In this document: one piece after another, positions 1 through 10,112 of the stretch
Numbering within the stretch: the first letter of the stretch is position 1
How the letters are laid out: every line of letters begins with the position of its first letter
Virus record (IMG/VR): IMGVR_UViG_3300032213_001637
Span: 45,022-109,021 of that record
Source: a virus
Direction: 5' to 3' (one strand)
DNA: 64,000 bases
The notes under the pieces: model-generated
Databases searched by the model: none
The model's input: the letters and a program-made list of their open reading frames with translations, nothing else
Told to the model about the DNA's origin: nothing
Program-made: the position numbers and the translations under genes

Positions 1-201
1 GTTGATGAATTGGACGTGACTGACCGTGGTGATGGTGGTTTTGGAAGTACTGATATTCCTAAACCAACAACAACCACATCCGCATCTACTGGAAAAAGTA
101 TTGAAGATTTAATCAAACAAAAGGAAGGATATTTTCAAGCTAACGCTCAAAAGTATTCAGATATGATCAAGGAAAGAGACAATAAAGTTTTTGGAAATTA
201 A
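1..201 (+). CDS. dut: dUTPase, C-terminal fragment (5' truncated by the window)
   Basis: Frame 1 reads VDELDVTDRGDGGFGSTD, the trimeric dUTPase motif V (RGxGGFGST), followed by a ~48 aa extension. Confidence 0.85.
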   Translation, partial: VDELDVTDRGDGGFGSTDIPKPTTTTSASTGKSIEDLIKQKEGYFQANAQKYSDMIKERDNKVFGN

Positions 202-202
202 T

Positions 203-1519
203 ATGAGTAAACCATTATGTGTTATACAAGGACCAATCTTTAGTCGAAGTGGCTATGGTGATTGGTCCAGAGAAGTCGCTAAAAGCATTCTACGTTACAA
301 TAAGTACGATCTACGTATTGCAACTACCAAGTGGGGTGCCAATCCAATTAAACGTTTTCAGGATGACTTGGATTGTAATGATCCTCTCAATCTTGCATTG
401 TTTGATAAAATGTTGAAGGAACCTTTAAATAGACAACCCGATTTGTTTATTCAAATCGCAATACCAAACGAGTTCAAACCGATTGGCAAATACAACATCG
501 GAATGACAGCTGGTATTGAAACAACAGCTGCTGCTGGAGAATGGATTGAAGGATTAAACAAGATGGACATGAACATTGTTACATCTCGTCATTCCAAAAA
601 GGTATTTGATGAAGCAGACTATACCAAGGAGTATAAGGATGGAAGTGGACGTAAAGAGCAATTACGTAATAACAAACCTATGGAAATATGTTTCTGGGGA
701 GCCAATACCGAAATCTATAAGATTACCAATGAAAAAGTTGAGTCTGTAGAAAAGGTATTAAATCAAATTCCTGAAACCTTTGCGTTCTTGTTTGTTGGTC
801 AATGGACTCACGAAAATCCATTCGCTGATCGAAAAGATATTGGTAACTTGATTAAGACGTTTCTTACTACGTTTAGAAATCGTCCGCAAAAACCATGTTT
901 GATTCTCAAGACAAGTGGAACTAACTACTCCAAAGTTGATAAGGATTCAATTTTGAAGAAGATTAAAGCGGCAGAATCACAGGTTGACGGTGATAAACCC
1001 AACGTGTATTTAATCCATGGAGAACTCAATGATGTTGAAATGAACGCACTATTTAACCATGAAAAGGTTAAATGTCATGTCAGCTTTACACATGGTGAGG
1101 GTTTTGGTCACCCATTGTTGTTGGCATCACTCAGTGGAAAACCCGTTCTAGCTCCAGATTGGAGTGGACATTTGGATTTCTTGGAATCTAACAAAGAAGG
1201 TTTGTTGCAAGGAAAGGTCGATGTTATCGATTCCGCATCAGTTAACCAGTGGTTGATCAAGGAATCTGCATGGTTTACAGTATCATATAGTTTAGCAGAA
1301 GAACGATTGAAACAGTATTATTTCAGTATGAATCAAAGGACTAAAGATAACGCACTTGCATTGTCTGAACGTAATGCTGAACAATTTTCTACACATGCAA
1401 TGGATAAGAAACTACATGAAATTTTAGAAAAATATGTTCCTCAATTTGCGGTAGAACAAAAGATAGTTATTCCTCAACTGAAAATGAATATACCATCTGT
1501 TCCTCAAATTAATGTATGA
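203..1519 (+). CDS. GT-B (GT4-like) glycosyltransferase
   Basis: N-terminal SRSGYG, RKDIGNLIKTF, and C-terminal HGEGFGHPLLLASLSGKPV..WSGHLDF are typical of GT4. ATG at 203 preferred over TTG at 191. Confidence 0.85.
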   Translation: MSKPLCVIQGPIFSRSGYGDWSREVAKSILRYNKYDLRIATTKWGANPIKRFQDDLDCNDPLNLALFDKMLKEPLNRQPDLFIQIAIPNEFKPIGKYNIGMTAGIETTAAAGEWIEGLNKMDMNIVTSRHSKKVFDEADYTKEYKDGSGRKEQLRNNKPMEICFWGANTEIYKITNEKVESVEKVLNQIPETFAFLFVGQWTHENPFADRKDIGNLIKTFLTTFRNRPQKPCLILKTSGTNYSKVDKDSILKKIKAAESQVDGDKPNVYLIHGELNDVEMNALFNHEKVKCHVSFTHGEGFGHPLLLASLSGKPVLAPDWSGHLDFLESNKEGLLQGKVDVIDSASVNQWLIKESAWFTVSYSLAEERLKQYYFSMNQRTKDNALALSERNAEQFSTHAMDKKLHEILEKYVPQFAVEQKIVIPQLKMNIPSVPQINV

Positions 1520-2166
1520 AACCGTTTATTTCGTATTTAGTTACTTGTCATAATGAGGGTGTGCAACTGCGTGCCCTTTTATCTCTTCTTTTAAAGTACT
1601 CAGAAGGAAATCAAATTGTAGTATTAGATGATTATTCTACAGATCCAATTACTTTAGAAGTATTACATGAATATCAATCAGTTGTTGGTGTTAAATTGGT
1701 TGCACACCATCTCAATAAAGATTATGGTACACATAAAACTTATGGCACACAACAGTGTGACGGTGAATATGTGTTTCAAATTGACGCAGACGAATTGCCC
1801 AGCGAAATTTTGTTGGCTAACTTATACGAACTTCTCAGATCAAATCCAAAATGTGAAATGTTTTGGGTTCCACGTGTAAATAATTTCATTGGTGTAACCC
1901 CAGAAGATATCAAAAATTATGGTTGGCAAGTAAATGAAAAAGGTCACGTCATGTGGCCAGATTATCAATCTCGTATATACAAAAACCAACCGAATATTCG
2001 GTGGGAACGTAAACTACATGAAACCATCATAGGATTCAAAGAGTTTACACGTATTCCCGCAATGGAAGAATTGTCGTTATATCACACCAAGACAATTGAA
2101 AAACAACGTAACGATAACAAGAGATACATGAATGAATTTTCACTAGAAGATAATGTTAGAAAGTAA
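1516..2166 (+). CDS. GT2-family glycosyltransferase
   Basis: ISYLVTCHNE, VLDDYSTD, DxD motif QIDADE, WPDYQSRIYKN..W..KLHE. Confidence 0.85.
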   Translation: MKPFISYLVTCHNEGVQLRALLSLLLKYSEGNQIVVLDDYSTDPITLEVLHEYQSVVGVKLVAHHLNKDYGTHKTYGTQQCDGEYVFQIDADELPSEILLANLYELLRSNPKCEMFWVPRVNNFIGVTPEDIKNYGWQVNEKGHVMWPDYQSRIYKNQPNIRWERKLHETIIGFKEFTRIPAMEELSLYHTKTIEKQRNDNKRYMNEFSLEDNVRK

Positions 2167-2168
2167 TC

Positions 2169-2885
2169 ATGGAAAAGACACCCGTATATTGTTTATATTC
2201 ATCACAGATGGACGAAATATTTCACAGACATTTCCATCCGTCTTTTATAAAGTTTAATAAATATAATTATGATCTTCGTATCTTTGAAACCAATGTTAAT
2301 GGAAACGGAGATTATAATACAGATGAATACATTGAATGTTTACACAATAAAACAAGGTTGATGTTACATACTACAAAAGAAAATCTTGGTAGAACAATAA
2401 TATGGACCGACATTGATATTAAGTTTTTCTCTACTATTGATTTAACATCGTTTGATAAAACATTTACGGCGTTAAAAGAAGATGAAAATCCATCAGATAC
2501 CTTTGTAAATCCAGCATTTTGTAAAATAGAATGTAACGATATAATGGTAGATTTTTTTGAAAAACTATTAATTAGTTGTAAAAATAATGATGTACATGAT
2601 ATGGATGTTATCAATTACTTTGCGGATACCATTCCTAGTATCGAAGTTGGTACATTTGATTTTCGATATCTTCAATACACATCATTGTCATATAGAAATG
2701 ATACAATCCAATGTAATATATGTTCAAATAACCATGGATGTTATAAATGTACACATCAATTATCAAATTTAGATACAATTGACACGTCAAAAATAATACT
2801 TTATCATGCAAATTGTACAATTAACACCGATAGAAGTACCAGCATGGAACTAAAACTAGAACAACTAAACTATCTATCAAAATGA
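2169..2885 (+). CDS. Nucleotide-diphospho-sugar transferase (GT-A, GT77-like)
   Basis: DxD motif WTDIDI, VNPAF, and C-terminal LYHAN; glycan-cluster context. Confidence 0.6.
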   Translation: MEKTPVYCLYSSQMDEIFHRHFHPSFIKFNKYNYDLRIFETNVNGNGDYNTDEYIECLHNKTRLMLHTTKENLGRTIIWTDIDIKFFSTIDLTSFDKTFTALKEDENPSDTFVNPAFCKIECNDIMVDFFEKLLISCKNNDVHDMDVINYFADTIPSIEVGTFDFRYLQYTSLSYRNDTIQCNICSNNHGCYKCTHQLSNLDTIDTSKIILYHANCTINTDRSTSMELKLEQLNYLSK

Positions 2886-3694
2886 TTACAGTTACAATAG
2901 GATCAAATGGAAGGTTTGGCAATCAAATGTTTCAATACGCATCGTTGATGGGTATTGCAGACAAACAAAATTGTTTATACGGCGTTGATTATTCAGGTGA
3001 AAATACAATACCGTGGAATGAATTTACAGATAATGAAATTATTAACAAACAAACGTTTGTGTTGCCAAAAGCATTTCAACTATCTGCATTACAATGTAAT
3101 GAAAAGTATCGAATGGTTCATGAAGGACAACACTTTCACTTTAACCAAGACCTTTTTAAAATTGGTGATAATGTACATCTTCATGGGTATTTTCAAACCG
3201 AAAAGTATTTTAAACACATAGAATCTAAAGTTAGGTCGGAATTTACATTTAGACCAGATATTGTCAATACAGTAAATGACTATTTAAAAAATAAACAATC
3301 ATATGAAACTGTTTCTATTCATGCTCGTAGAGGTGATTATGTACATTTGTCACATCATGGTACATGTGATTTAACATACTATACCAATGCCTTAAGTCAT
3401 TTTACGGACAAATCATATAATTTTATAGTTGTATCAGATGATATTGATTGGGCAAAATCAACATTTAGTGGATGTGATAACTTTTTTGTGTCAGAATATC
3501 GTAACCAATTTGTTGATATGTGTATTATGACTCAATGTAATCACAATATTATTGCTAATAGTACATTTAGTTGGTGGGGAGCGTGGTTAAATGCAAATCC
3601 AAATAAAAAGGTTATTTCACCATCACGATGGTTTGGTCCAAATGTTCTCTTAGACACAAAAGATTTATATATTCCAGATTGGATTATAATATGA
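2882..3694 (+). CDS. Alpha-1,2-fucosyltransferase (GT11)
   Basis: GRFGNQMFQYA, GYFQTEKYF, SIHARRGDY, VVSDDIDW and IIANSTFSWWGAWL are all GT11 signature motifs. Confidence 0.93.
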   Translation: MITVTIGSNGRFGNQMFQYASLMGIADKQNCLYGVDYSGENTIPWNEFTDNEIINKQTFVLPKAFQLSALQCNEKYRMVHEGQHFHFNQDLFKIGDNVHLHGYFQTEKYFKHIESKVRSEFTFRPDIVNTVNDYLKNKQSYETVSIHARRGDYVHLSHHGTCDLTYYTNALSHFTDKSYNFIVVSDDIDWAKSTFSGCDNFFVSEYRNQFVDMCIMTQCNHNIIANSTFSWWGAWLNANPNKKVISPSRWFGPNVLLDTKDLYIPDWIII

Positions 3695-4521
3695 AAATTC
3701 CAACAGAAATTCAAACAATACAAAAAGCAAAAACAATCACGGATGGATTGATTCCATTACAAGAGTGTACGTTTATTATACCCGTTTGCATCGAAAGTGA
3801 AGATAGAAAGAAGAACTTTACTATTATATATGATTATCTACGTCGTAACTTTGAAACAAACATTATTGTATACGAATGTTCCAAAGAACCTATCGTTTCA
3901 TCTTTGATTAAAGATGATGTAACTTATATACATCAAAACATCCCAGATGAGTCATTTCATAGAACACGGTATCTAAACCGAATGTTAGCGTTATCAAACA
4001 CCACAGTTACGGTAAATTATGACGCAGATGTAATTCTACCCATCGAATCATACCTAATGGCATACAAAAAAATAACTCGTCAAAATCATGATTTGGTATA
4101 TCCGTTTGCTATTGGAAAATTCCAAAAGAAAGTTGATGCATCTGGAAGAGAAAAGTTGTTAAATCAATCATCTGTTGTAGAACTTACACCTCAAGATTAC
4201 TCAGAGTGTGTTGCAGAATATGGTCACTGTCAATTTTTCAAAACATCATCTTATAAAAATTATGGTTGGGAAAATGAAAACTTTATATCGTATGGTCCAG
4301 AAGATAGAGAACGATATGACAGATTCAAGAAGTTTAATACCGTGGTTACGCACCTTGATAAAGGGTTTGTATATCACATCGAACATAGTCGTGGATCAGA
4401 CTCCAGCGAAAAAAATCCTTATTTCAAATCCAACAATGATTTATATAAAAAATTGAGTGATATGAATCAAGATCAATTAAATACCTATTATAACGGCGTT
4501 GAGTATTTGAAGAATTATTAA
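3691..4521 (+). CDS. GT2/GT7-like (galactosyltransferase-type) glycosyltransferase
   Basis: TFIIPV, NYDADV (DxD), GWENENFISYGPEDRE (GT7 C-terminal motif). ATG at 3691 overlaps the upstream stop. Confidence 0.75.
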   Translation: MKIPTEIQTIQKAKTITDGLIPLQECTFIIPVCIESEDRKKNFTIIYDYLRRNFETNIIVYECSKEPIVSSLIKDDVTYIHQNIPDESFHRTRYLNRMLALSNTTVTVNYDADVILPIESYLMAYKKITRQNHDLVYPFAIGKFQKKVDASGREKLLNQSSVVELTPQDYSECVAEYGHCQFFKTSSYKNYGWENENFISYGPEDRERYDRFKKFNTVVTHLDKGFVYHIEHSRGSDSSEKNPYFKSNNDLYKKLSDMNQDQLNTYYNGVEYLKNY

Positions 4522-4524
4522 GTT

Positions 4525-5235
4525 ATGAAGATTGCCATTATTACGTTAGCTACTAATAAATACAAATCGTTTTTACACCCGTTGTGGACATCGGTTAAAA
4601 CACACTTTTTGCCAAGTGCACAAAAAGATTTTTACTTTTTTACGGATGAAAAGTTAGAATGGTTTGACGACTCAATTAAATGGTGTCAAATTGACCATCA
4701 ACCTTGGCCATACATTACATTAAAACGTTTTGAGTTTATATCATCGTATCTAAAAGAACTAACTCAATATGATTATGTATTCTATGTCGATAGTGATATG
4801 GAATTTGTAGATACATTAAGTCGTTTTGATATTGGAGATAAAAAATATTACGCTGTTTGTCATCCATCTGTTGTAGCTAATTTAAACTTCTGGCCTGTTG
4901 AAACCAATTCTAATTCAACCGCATATATTCCAGAACGTCACCGTTGTGTTTACGTTCAAGGATGTGTGTGGGGTGCAAAAGGAAGTCACATCGAATATAT
5001 GGTCAGTTTGATGAAGAATAACATCAATATAGATCTTCAGAACGATATCATTGCGGTATGGCATGATGAATCTCACCTTAACAAATTCATAGTTGATCAT
5101 CGAACCGAAGTAGCTATTTTGAGTCCTAGTATGGCATATCCAGAACATTGGAATTTGCCTGTAAATAAATTGATGATACATAAAGATAAGAATATGGTTG
5201 AGTATCCAAGATTCAAAGGAGCCTCACCAACATGA
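4525..5235 (+). CDS. GT6-family (ABO/alpha-1,3-Gal/GalNAc transferase-like) glycosyltransferase
   Basis: IAIITLATNKY, FFTD, WPYITLKRF, YVDSD and AVWHDESHLNK (GT6 hallmark with the catalytic Glu). Confidence 0.92.
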   Translation: MKIAIITLATNKYKSFLHPLWTSVKTHFLPSAQKDFYFFTDEKLEWFDDSIKWCQIDHQPWPYITLKRFEFISSYLKELTQYDYVFYVDSDMEFVDTLSRFDIGDKKYYAVCHPSVVANLNFWPVETNSNSTAYIPERHRCVYVQGCVWGAKGSHIEYMVSLMKNNINIDLQNDIIAVWHDESHLNKFIVDHRTEVAILSPSMAYPEHWNLPVNKLMIHKDKNMVEYPRFKGASPT

Positions 5236-6194
5236 AAATAGTTATTTGGGGTCATCCTCTATATTCACATACTCATTCGTATGTTCATTCTTCATACTAC
5301 AAAGCATTATCTCATATGGGTCATGAAGTACATTGGTTTCATGACAAAGATTATCCCAAAGATTTTGACTATTCCGATTGTATTTTTATCACCGAAGGAT
5401 TTGCGGATCAGAACATTCCTCTAAATAATACAAGTACATACTTTGTAATGTATTGTCCGTCACCAAAAAAGTATTTGGAAGCGGGTGTTAAACGTTATAT
5501 TGACGTTAGATGTGTAGCAAAAGATCATAAAGATCACATACACGAATACTCAATAGATAAAACAATAACTCAAAAGGTTGGTCCATCATGTTATTATGTA
5601 CCAAAAACCAACCAACAAGTACACATAAAAAACAATTATGTAGATTACATCATTGATGATTTTGATAAGTTTTACTTGAGTTGGGCAACCAATTTATTGC
5701 CTGAAGAATTTAACCTCGACGACGTTTATCTTCCCAGAGAAAACGCAATTTATTTCTGCGGAAGTCTTTCCAATTCAGGTGTATGTGAAAACATGAGCAA
5801 TTGGCTTCCATTTATGCAAGAGTGTAAACGTAATAATATCACGTTTTATCACAACGATCCATGGAAAAATCCTTTGTCAGATGATAAAGTAAAAGAACTT
5901 GTTCAAAAATCATTATTGGGAATTGATATTCGTGGACCAGAACACGAAAGAACTGGCATCATTACATGTCGAATATTTAAAAACGTCAGTTATGGTCATT
6001 TGGGATTGACCAATTCCAAAGAAATATACAATGAAATGGAAGGAAATTGTTTATACAATCCAAATCCATCAGAGTTGTTTAATATTGGTATACGAAACCG
6101 AACAAACTATGATTTCATCAAAAAATCAATGTTGTATGTAAAAGAGAATCATACTTATGTGAACAGAATTAATAGTCTATTTTCAATTTTATAA
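5232..6194 (+). CDS. Putative GT-B glycosyltransferase (CgeB/Glyco_trans_1_2-like C-terminus)
   Basis: CRIFKNVSYG and the terminal ENHTYVNRI resemble the CgeB-like C-terminus; cluster context. Confidence 0.6.
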   Translation: MKIVIWGHPLYSHTHSYVHSSYYKALSHMGHEVHWFHDKDYPKDFDYSDCIFITEGFADQNIPLNNTSTYFVMYCPSPKKYLEAGVKRYIDVRCVAKDHKDHIHEYSIDKTITQKVGPSCYYVPKTNQQVHIKNNYVDYIIDDFDKFYLSWATNLLPEEFNLDDVYLPRENAIYFCGSLSNSGVCENMSNWLPFMQECKRNNITFYHNDPWKNPLSDDKVKELVQKSLLGIDIRGPEHERTGIITCRIFKNVSYGHLGLTNSKEIYNEMEGNCLYNPNPSELFNIGIRNRTNYDFIKKSMLYVKENHTYVNRINSLFSIL

Positions 6195-6197
6195 TTT

Positions 6198-6803
6198 ATG
6201 TTTAGATCACAAGCACATCAAGATCAATTTGCACACAAGATTCTAAATGGAAAACACAATGGTTATTTCGTAGACATTGGAAGTTGTGGTGCAGTAGATC
6301 ATAACAATAGTTACTTTTTTGAATCCATCGGATGGAAAGGTATTTGCGTTGAAATCGAAAAAGGATACGCTCCTACATATTCATCAAGGACATGTCAATT
6401 TATAAATCAAAACGCACTAACAGTTGATTATAAAAATCTATTCGAAAGTCTTTCTTATCCATCTGTGATTGACTACCTCTCACTTGATATAGACCAATTT
6501 AGTACTGACGCTCTTAAATTGTTACCACATGACTCTTATCAATTTAGCGTTATTACTATTGAACATGATGCATACATTTATGGAGACACATTTCGTATAC
6601 CACAACGTGAATATCTAAAAAATCTTGGATATCATCTATTAGGATCAAATGTACGTGTTCCAGATTTACATTTTAAATCATTAAGTACATTAAATCATTT
6701 GAATAATAATGGGTTTGAAGATTGGTGGGTACATCCTTCTTTGAATAAAAATAATTACTATTTCGAAAGTTCATTTCCAGAAAATCTAATTGCACAATTG
6801 TGA
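6198..6803 (+). CDS. FkbM-family SAM-dependent methyltransferase
   Basis: SQAHQD, GYFVDIGS, NSYFFE..GWKGICVE, IDYLSLDID, ITIEHD, EDWWV. Confidence 0.85.
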   Translation: MFRSQAHQDQFAHKILNGKHNGYFVDIGSCGAVDHNNSYFFESIGWKGICVEIEKGYAPTYSSRTCQFINQNALTVDYKNLFESLSYPSVIDYLSLDIDQFSTDALKLLPHDSYQFSVITIEHDAYIYGDTFRIPQREYLKNLGYHLLGSNVRVPDLHFKSLSTLNHLNNNGFEDWWVHPSLNKNNYYFESSFPENLIAQL

Positions 6804-7738
6804 AATTATTTTTAGTTAACCATAAAGTAAAAAATTGTGGCGTGTACCAATATGGTAAACGTGTTGCATCTATTATTTCCAAGTCAAAAAACCTAATCGT
6901 TCATTATTTGGAAATGGATAACCGAGATGAATTTAAAAAAGAAGTTGATCTGCATAAACCTCAAGTGATTGTTTATAATCATCTCACAGGTACAATGCCG
7001 TGGGTTGACGGTGAGTATGTTAACCAACTTCGTCAATTGGGAATTAAACAAGGAACTATTGTTCACAATGTTGCGTACTCTACATTCTTTGATTTTTATC
7101 TACACCAAGATCCCAATTATAAACCTAACGAAAACAATTATCGGTTATTGAGACCATTGTTTCAATATACCAACAAGACCAATTTAAATCCAAACAAACT
7201 AAAGATTGGGTCATTTGGATTCGGATTTGCATCAAAACAATATGAAAGTCTATGTGCGTGTATACGAGACAATTTTCATCGAACCACATTTCCAGTTGAA
7301 TTAAGGTTACATCTTACACATTCACATTTCTGTGAAAATTCCAGAGACATTGAAACGATTAAGTTTGTATCAAATAGAATACTAAACAATCCTAATATCA
7401 CTTTGAATATTACCACAAATTTTATCAGTGATGACGAACTGTTGGAATTTCTTGCCGGTAATGATCTCAATATCTTCTTCTATCAAAAATATCCAAGTTA
7501 CAATGGTATATCATCATCCATAGATTACGCATTGTCAGTAAAACGTCCTATTGCGATTTGTCGTAGCAACATGTTTTCACACATTTGGAATACAACTCCA
7601 TCTATTTGCGCCGAAGATTCTTCATTAAAAGAAATAATCAACAACGGTTTTGGTCCTTTAGAACACTATTATAATCAGTGGTCACATTCAAATTTCATTA
7701 AAGTATTCGAAGACAATATTAAAAATGTAGTGTTATGA
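6800..7738 (+). CDS. Putative GT-B glycosyltransferase
   Basis: CGVYQYG at the N-terminus, IGSFGF, DLNIFFY..GISSSIDYALSVKRPIAI. GTG start overlaps the upstream stop. Confidence 0.6.
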   Translation: MKLFLVNHKVKNCGVYQYGKRVASIISKSKNLIVHYLEMDNRDEFKKEVDLHKPQVIVYNHLTGTMPWVDGEYVNQLRQLGIKQGTIVHNVAYSTFFDFYLHQDPNYKPNENNYRLLRPLFQYTNKTNLNPNKLKIGSFGFGFASKQYESLCACIRDNFHRTTFPVELRLHLTHSHFCENSRDIETIKFVSNRILNNPNITLNITTNFISDDELLEFLAGNDLNIFFYQKYPSYNGISSSIDYALSVKRPIAICRSNMFSHIWNTTPSICAEDSSLKEIINNGFGPLEHYYNQWSHSNFIKVFEDNIKNVVL

Positions 7739-8481
7739 TAACGTTGGGAGTTTTAGTTACATGTTATAATGAAGTACGAGCGGTAGAATATTCCTTAACA
7801 TATTTCAGGAAAATATACCGCTCTACAAATATTTACCTTACCACCGAAAGTCACGATTCAGACTACAATAGTTTATTGAATCTAAATAACATTAGTATCA
7901 ATCATGTTGACGATACAATGTATTTTATAAAAGAAGTCACAGATCAGAACTTTTTAGAGCCATATTTTCAAGAAAAAATACTATTTGCAACACGATCATT
8001 CTTAAATCGTGTCAAACAAGCAATTGAATACTGTCAAAGTGATTATTTGTTATTAATGGATCCTGACACCCTTGTTCGTGGACCATTATCAATTCCACAA
8101 GGAGCCAAGTTATTAGGATCTAGAATAAATTGGGGATTGCCTATGGCGTTGAGAACCATATTGACACAAACACCCGGCGCAATTGATATTAACTGTTGGG
8201 GAGCAACTCCAGCAATAATTCATTGTGATACTTTTTTGAAATCATATAAGTATGTGATGGAACAAGATCCAACCTTTTTACCACGTATTGCAAAAACGTT
8301 TTATGCTATTTTTGCACATGACGTAATTCTCCCAATTTTATTTGCATTACAAGGAGAGCAAGAAATATTTAATAGTCAGATTATCGAGTGTGGTCGATAT
8401 CCGTATTGGCAACAAACATCACATCCAATAGTACATCAATTTAAATATTTATATGACAACAATCGTAACATCGTTTATTAA
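7735..8481 (+). CDS. Putative GT-A glycosyltransferase
   Basis: LGVLVTCYNE N-terminus and DxD motif LMDPD. Confidence 0.55.
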   Translation: MITLGVLVTCYNEVRAVEYSLTYFRKIYRSTNIYLTTESHDSDYNSLLNLNNISINHVDDTMYFIKEVTDQNFLEPYFQEKILFATRSFLNRVKQAIEYCQSDYLLLMDPDTLVRGPLSIPQGAKLLGSRINWGLPMALRTILTQTPGAIDINCWGATPAIIHCDTFLKSYKYVMEQDPTFLPRIAKTFYAIFAHDVILPILFALQGEQEIFNSQIIECGRYPYWQQTSHPIVHQFKYLYDNNRNIVY

Positions 8482-8520
8482 CGGTATACTACAAATCGGT
8501 GTAAATGTTACATAAAACTT

Positions 8521-9339
8521 ATGAGTAAATTATCTGCTGTATTTATTGGAAATTGTCAAAATTCTGGAATTGTTACTTATCTTAAAAAGAACAAAGAATT
8601 TGCAGACAATTACGAGGTAAAAATTTACGCAAATTGGGAAATGATTAAAAATAAAGATTCTTTGCCGATCAAAGAATTATTAACTGCTGATTTATTTGTG
8701 TATCAACCATTACCCGATATATATGGCTGTTATTCTACAGATCCAACCGTCCCCGATTCTTTAATTCACTATTTAAAGTCATCATGTATTCAAATTTCGT
8801 ATCCATACGTATTTAACTCAGCATTATGGCCTATATATCAAAAAGGACATGAACAAAATTCTTGGTTTGGAGATAGTGTTATAAATAAATTGTTATTATC
8901 AAAAGCAACTCATGATGATATAATTAAACTATATCAATCAAATCAAATTGATTGGGAATATGAAAATAGGTTCAATGAATCAATGTCAATTCTAAAAACT
9001 AAAGAAATTATAACCGACGTAAAGATTTCTAATTATATCGAATCAGAATTACAAAATCGTCTTTTGTTTTTAATTCCACAACATCCTACAAGCATTATAT
9101 TTTTAAACATGGTTAATCAAATTTTAACAAAACTAAAAATGAATCAATTAAATGAGGATGTTATATTAGACAAAAATGAAACAAAATTACCAGACTCAAC
9201 ATATAACAATCCCAATGGAATGTTTCCAATTCACGCATCAGTAATTAATCATTATGGATTAAAAAACTGTGATGGTTATGTACTTGATGCAAATCAGTTT
9301 TATTTGGATAAACTTATAAAATATATAAATATGTTATAG
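8521..9339 (+). CDS. WcbI-like polysaccharide biosynthesis protein (putative acetyltransferase)
   Basis: N-terminal FIGNCQ, DLFVYQP and LF...HPT are characteristic of the WcbI family. Confidence 0.7.
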   Translation: MSKLSAVFIGNCQNSGIVTYLKKNKEFADNYEVKIYANWEMIKNKDSLPIKELLTADLFVYQPLPDIYGCYSTDPTVPDSLIHYLKSSCIQISYPYVFNSALWPIYQKGHEQNSWFGDSVINKLLLSKATHDDIIKLYQSNQIDWEYENRFNESMSILKTKEIITDVKISNYIESELQNRLLFLIPQHPTSIIFLNMVNQILTKLKMNQLNEDVILDKNETKLPDSTYNNPNGMFPIHASVINHYGLKNCDGYVLDANQFYLDKLIKYINML

Positions 9340-9362
9340 TATTTACTATTAAAATAATAATT

Positions 9363-10112
9363 ATGACAACAATAGTTACAGCGTTATTTGATATTAACAG
9401 AAAACAATACGGCGACGGACGGTCATTTGAAAAATATTTAGAATGGCTTCCGGAAACATTATCATTATCTTCAAATTATGTTATCTACACTGAAGATAAA
9501 GTTGTACCATATATTCCAAAAAAAGATAACATCAAGGTTATAGTTTCATCATTGGAAGAAGTTCCACTATATCACAAACACGATCAAATTGAATCAATAC
9601 TTAAAAATCCAGAGTATTTAAACAAAATTAAAGATCCTCACCGCGTTGAATGTGTTTTACCGTTATATAACATAATTCAATATTCAAAGTTTGAATGGTT
9701 AAAACGAACAATCAAAGAAAATCCATTCAATTCATCATACTTTTTTTGGATGGACGCTGGGTGTAGTCGTTTTTTTGATAACCTCCCAAACTCTTTTCCC
9801 AATCCAGATAAACTTCCACCCAAGTTTTTGATTCAAGGTAATGCCAATACTAATAGAATTGTTATTGACGATAGTTACAAATGGATGTCAGACTGTGTAT
9901 TGGTAGGCACGTTCTTTGGAGGTCATTACGAATACGTAACCAAGGTTTCTGATCTCACGTTACAGTTCTTACAAGAAGAAATGTTGGATCAAAATATGAT
10001 TAATAACGAACAAATTGCATTAGCTTACATTTGTAAGCGTAATCCATCATTGTTTAATGTATATATACAGTTGAACGGACAACACTTACCCGTGTTAAAA
10101 ATACTTGTATGA
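9363..10112 (+). CDS. HtrL/YibB (WlaTC-like) glycosyltransferase
   Basis: TIVTALFDINR, YNIIQYSKF..IKENPFNSSYFFWMDAG, GTFFGG, NNEQ. Confidence 0.8.
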   Translation: MTTIVTALFDINRKQYGDGRSFEKYLEWLPETLSLSSNYVIYTEDKVVPYIPKKDNIKVIVSSLEEVPLYHKHDQIESILKNPEYLNKIKDPHRVECVLPLYNIIQYSKFEWLKRTIKENPFNSSYFFWMDAGCSRFFDNLPNSFPNPDKLPPKFLIQGNANTNRIVIDDSYKWMSDCVLVGTFFGGHYEYVTKVSDLTLQFLQEEMLDQNMINNEQIALAYICKRNPSLFNVYIQLNGQHLPVLKILV

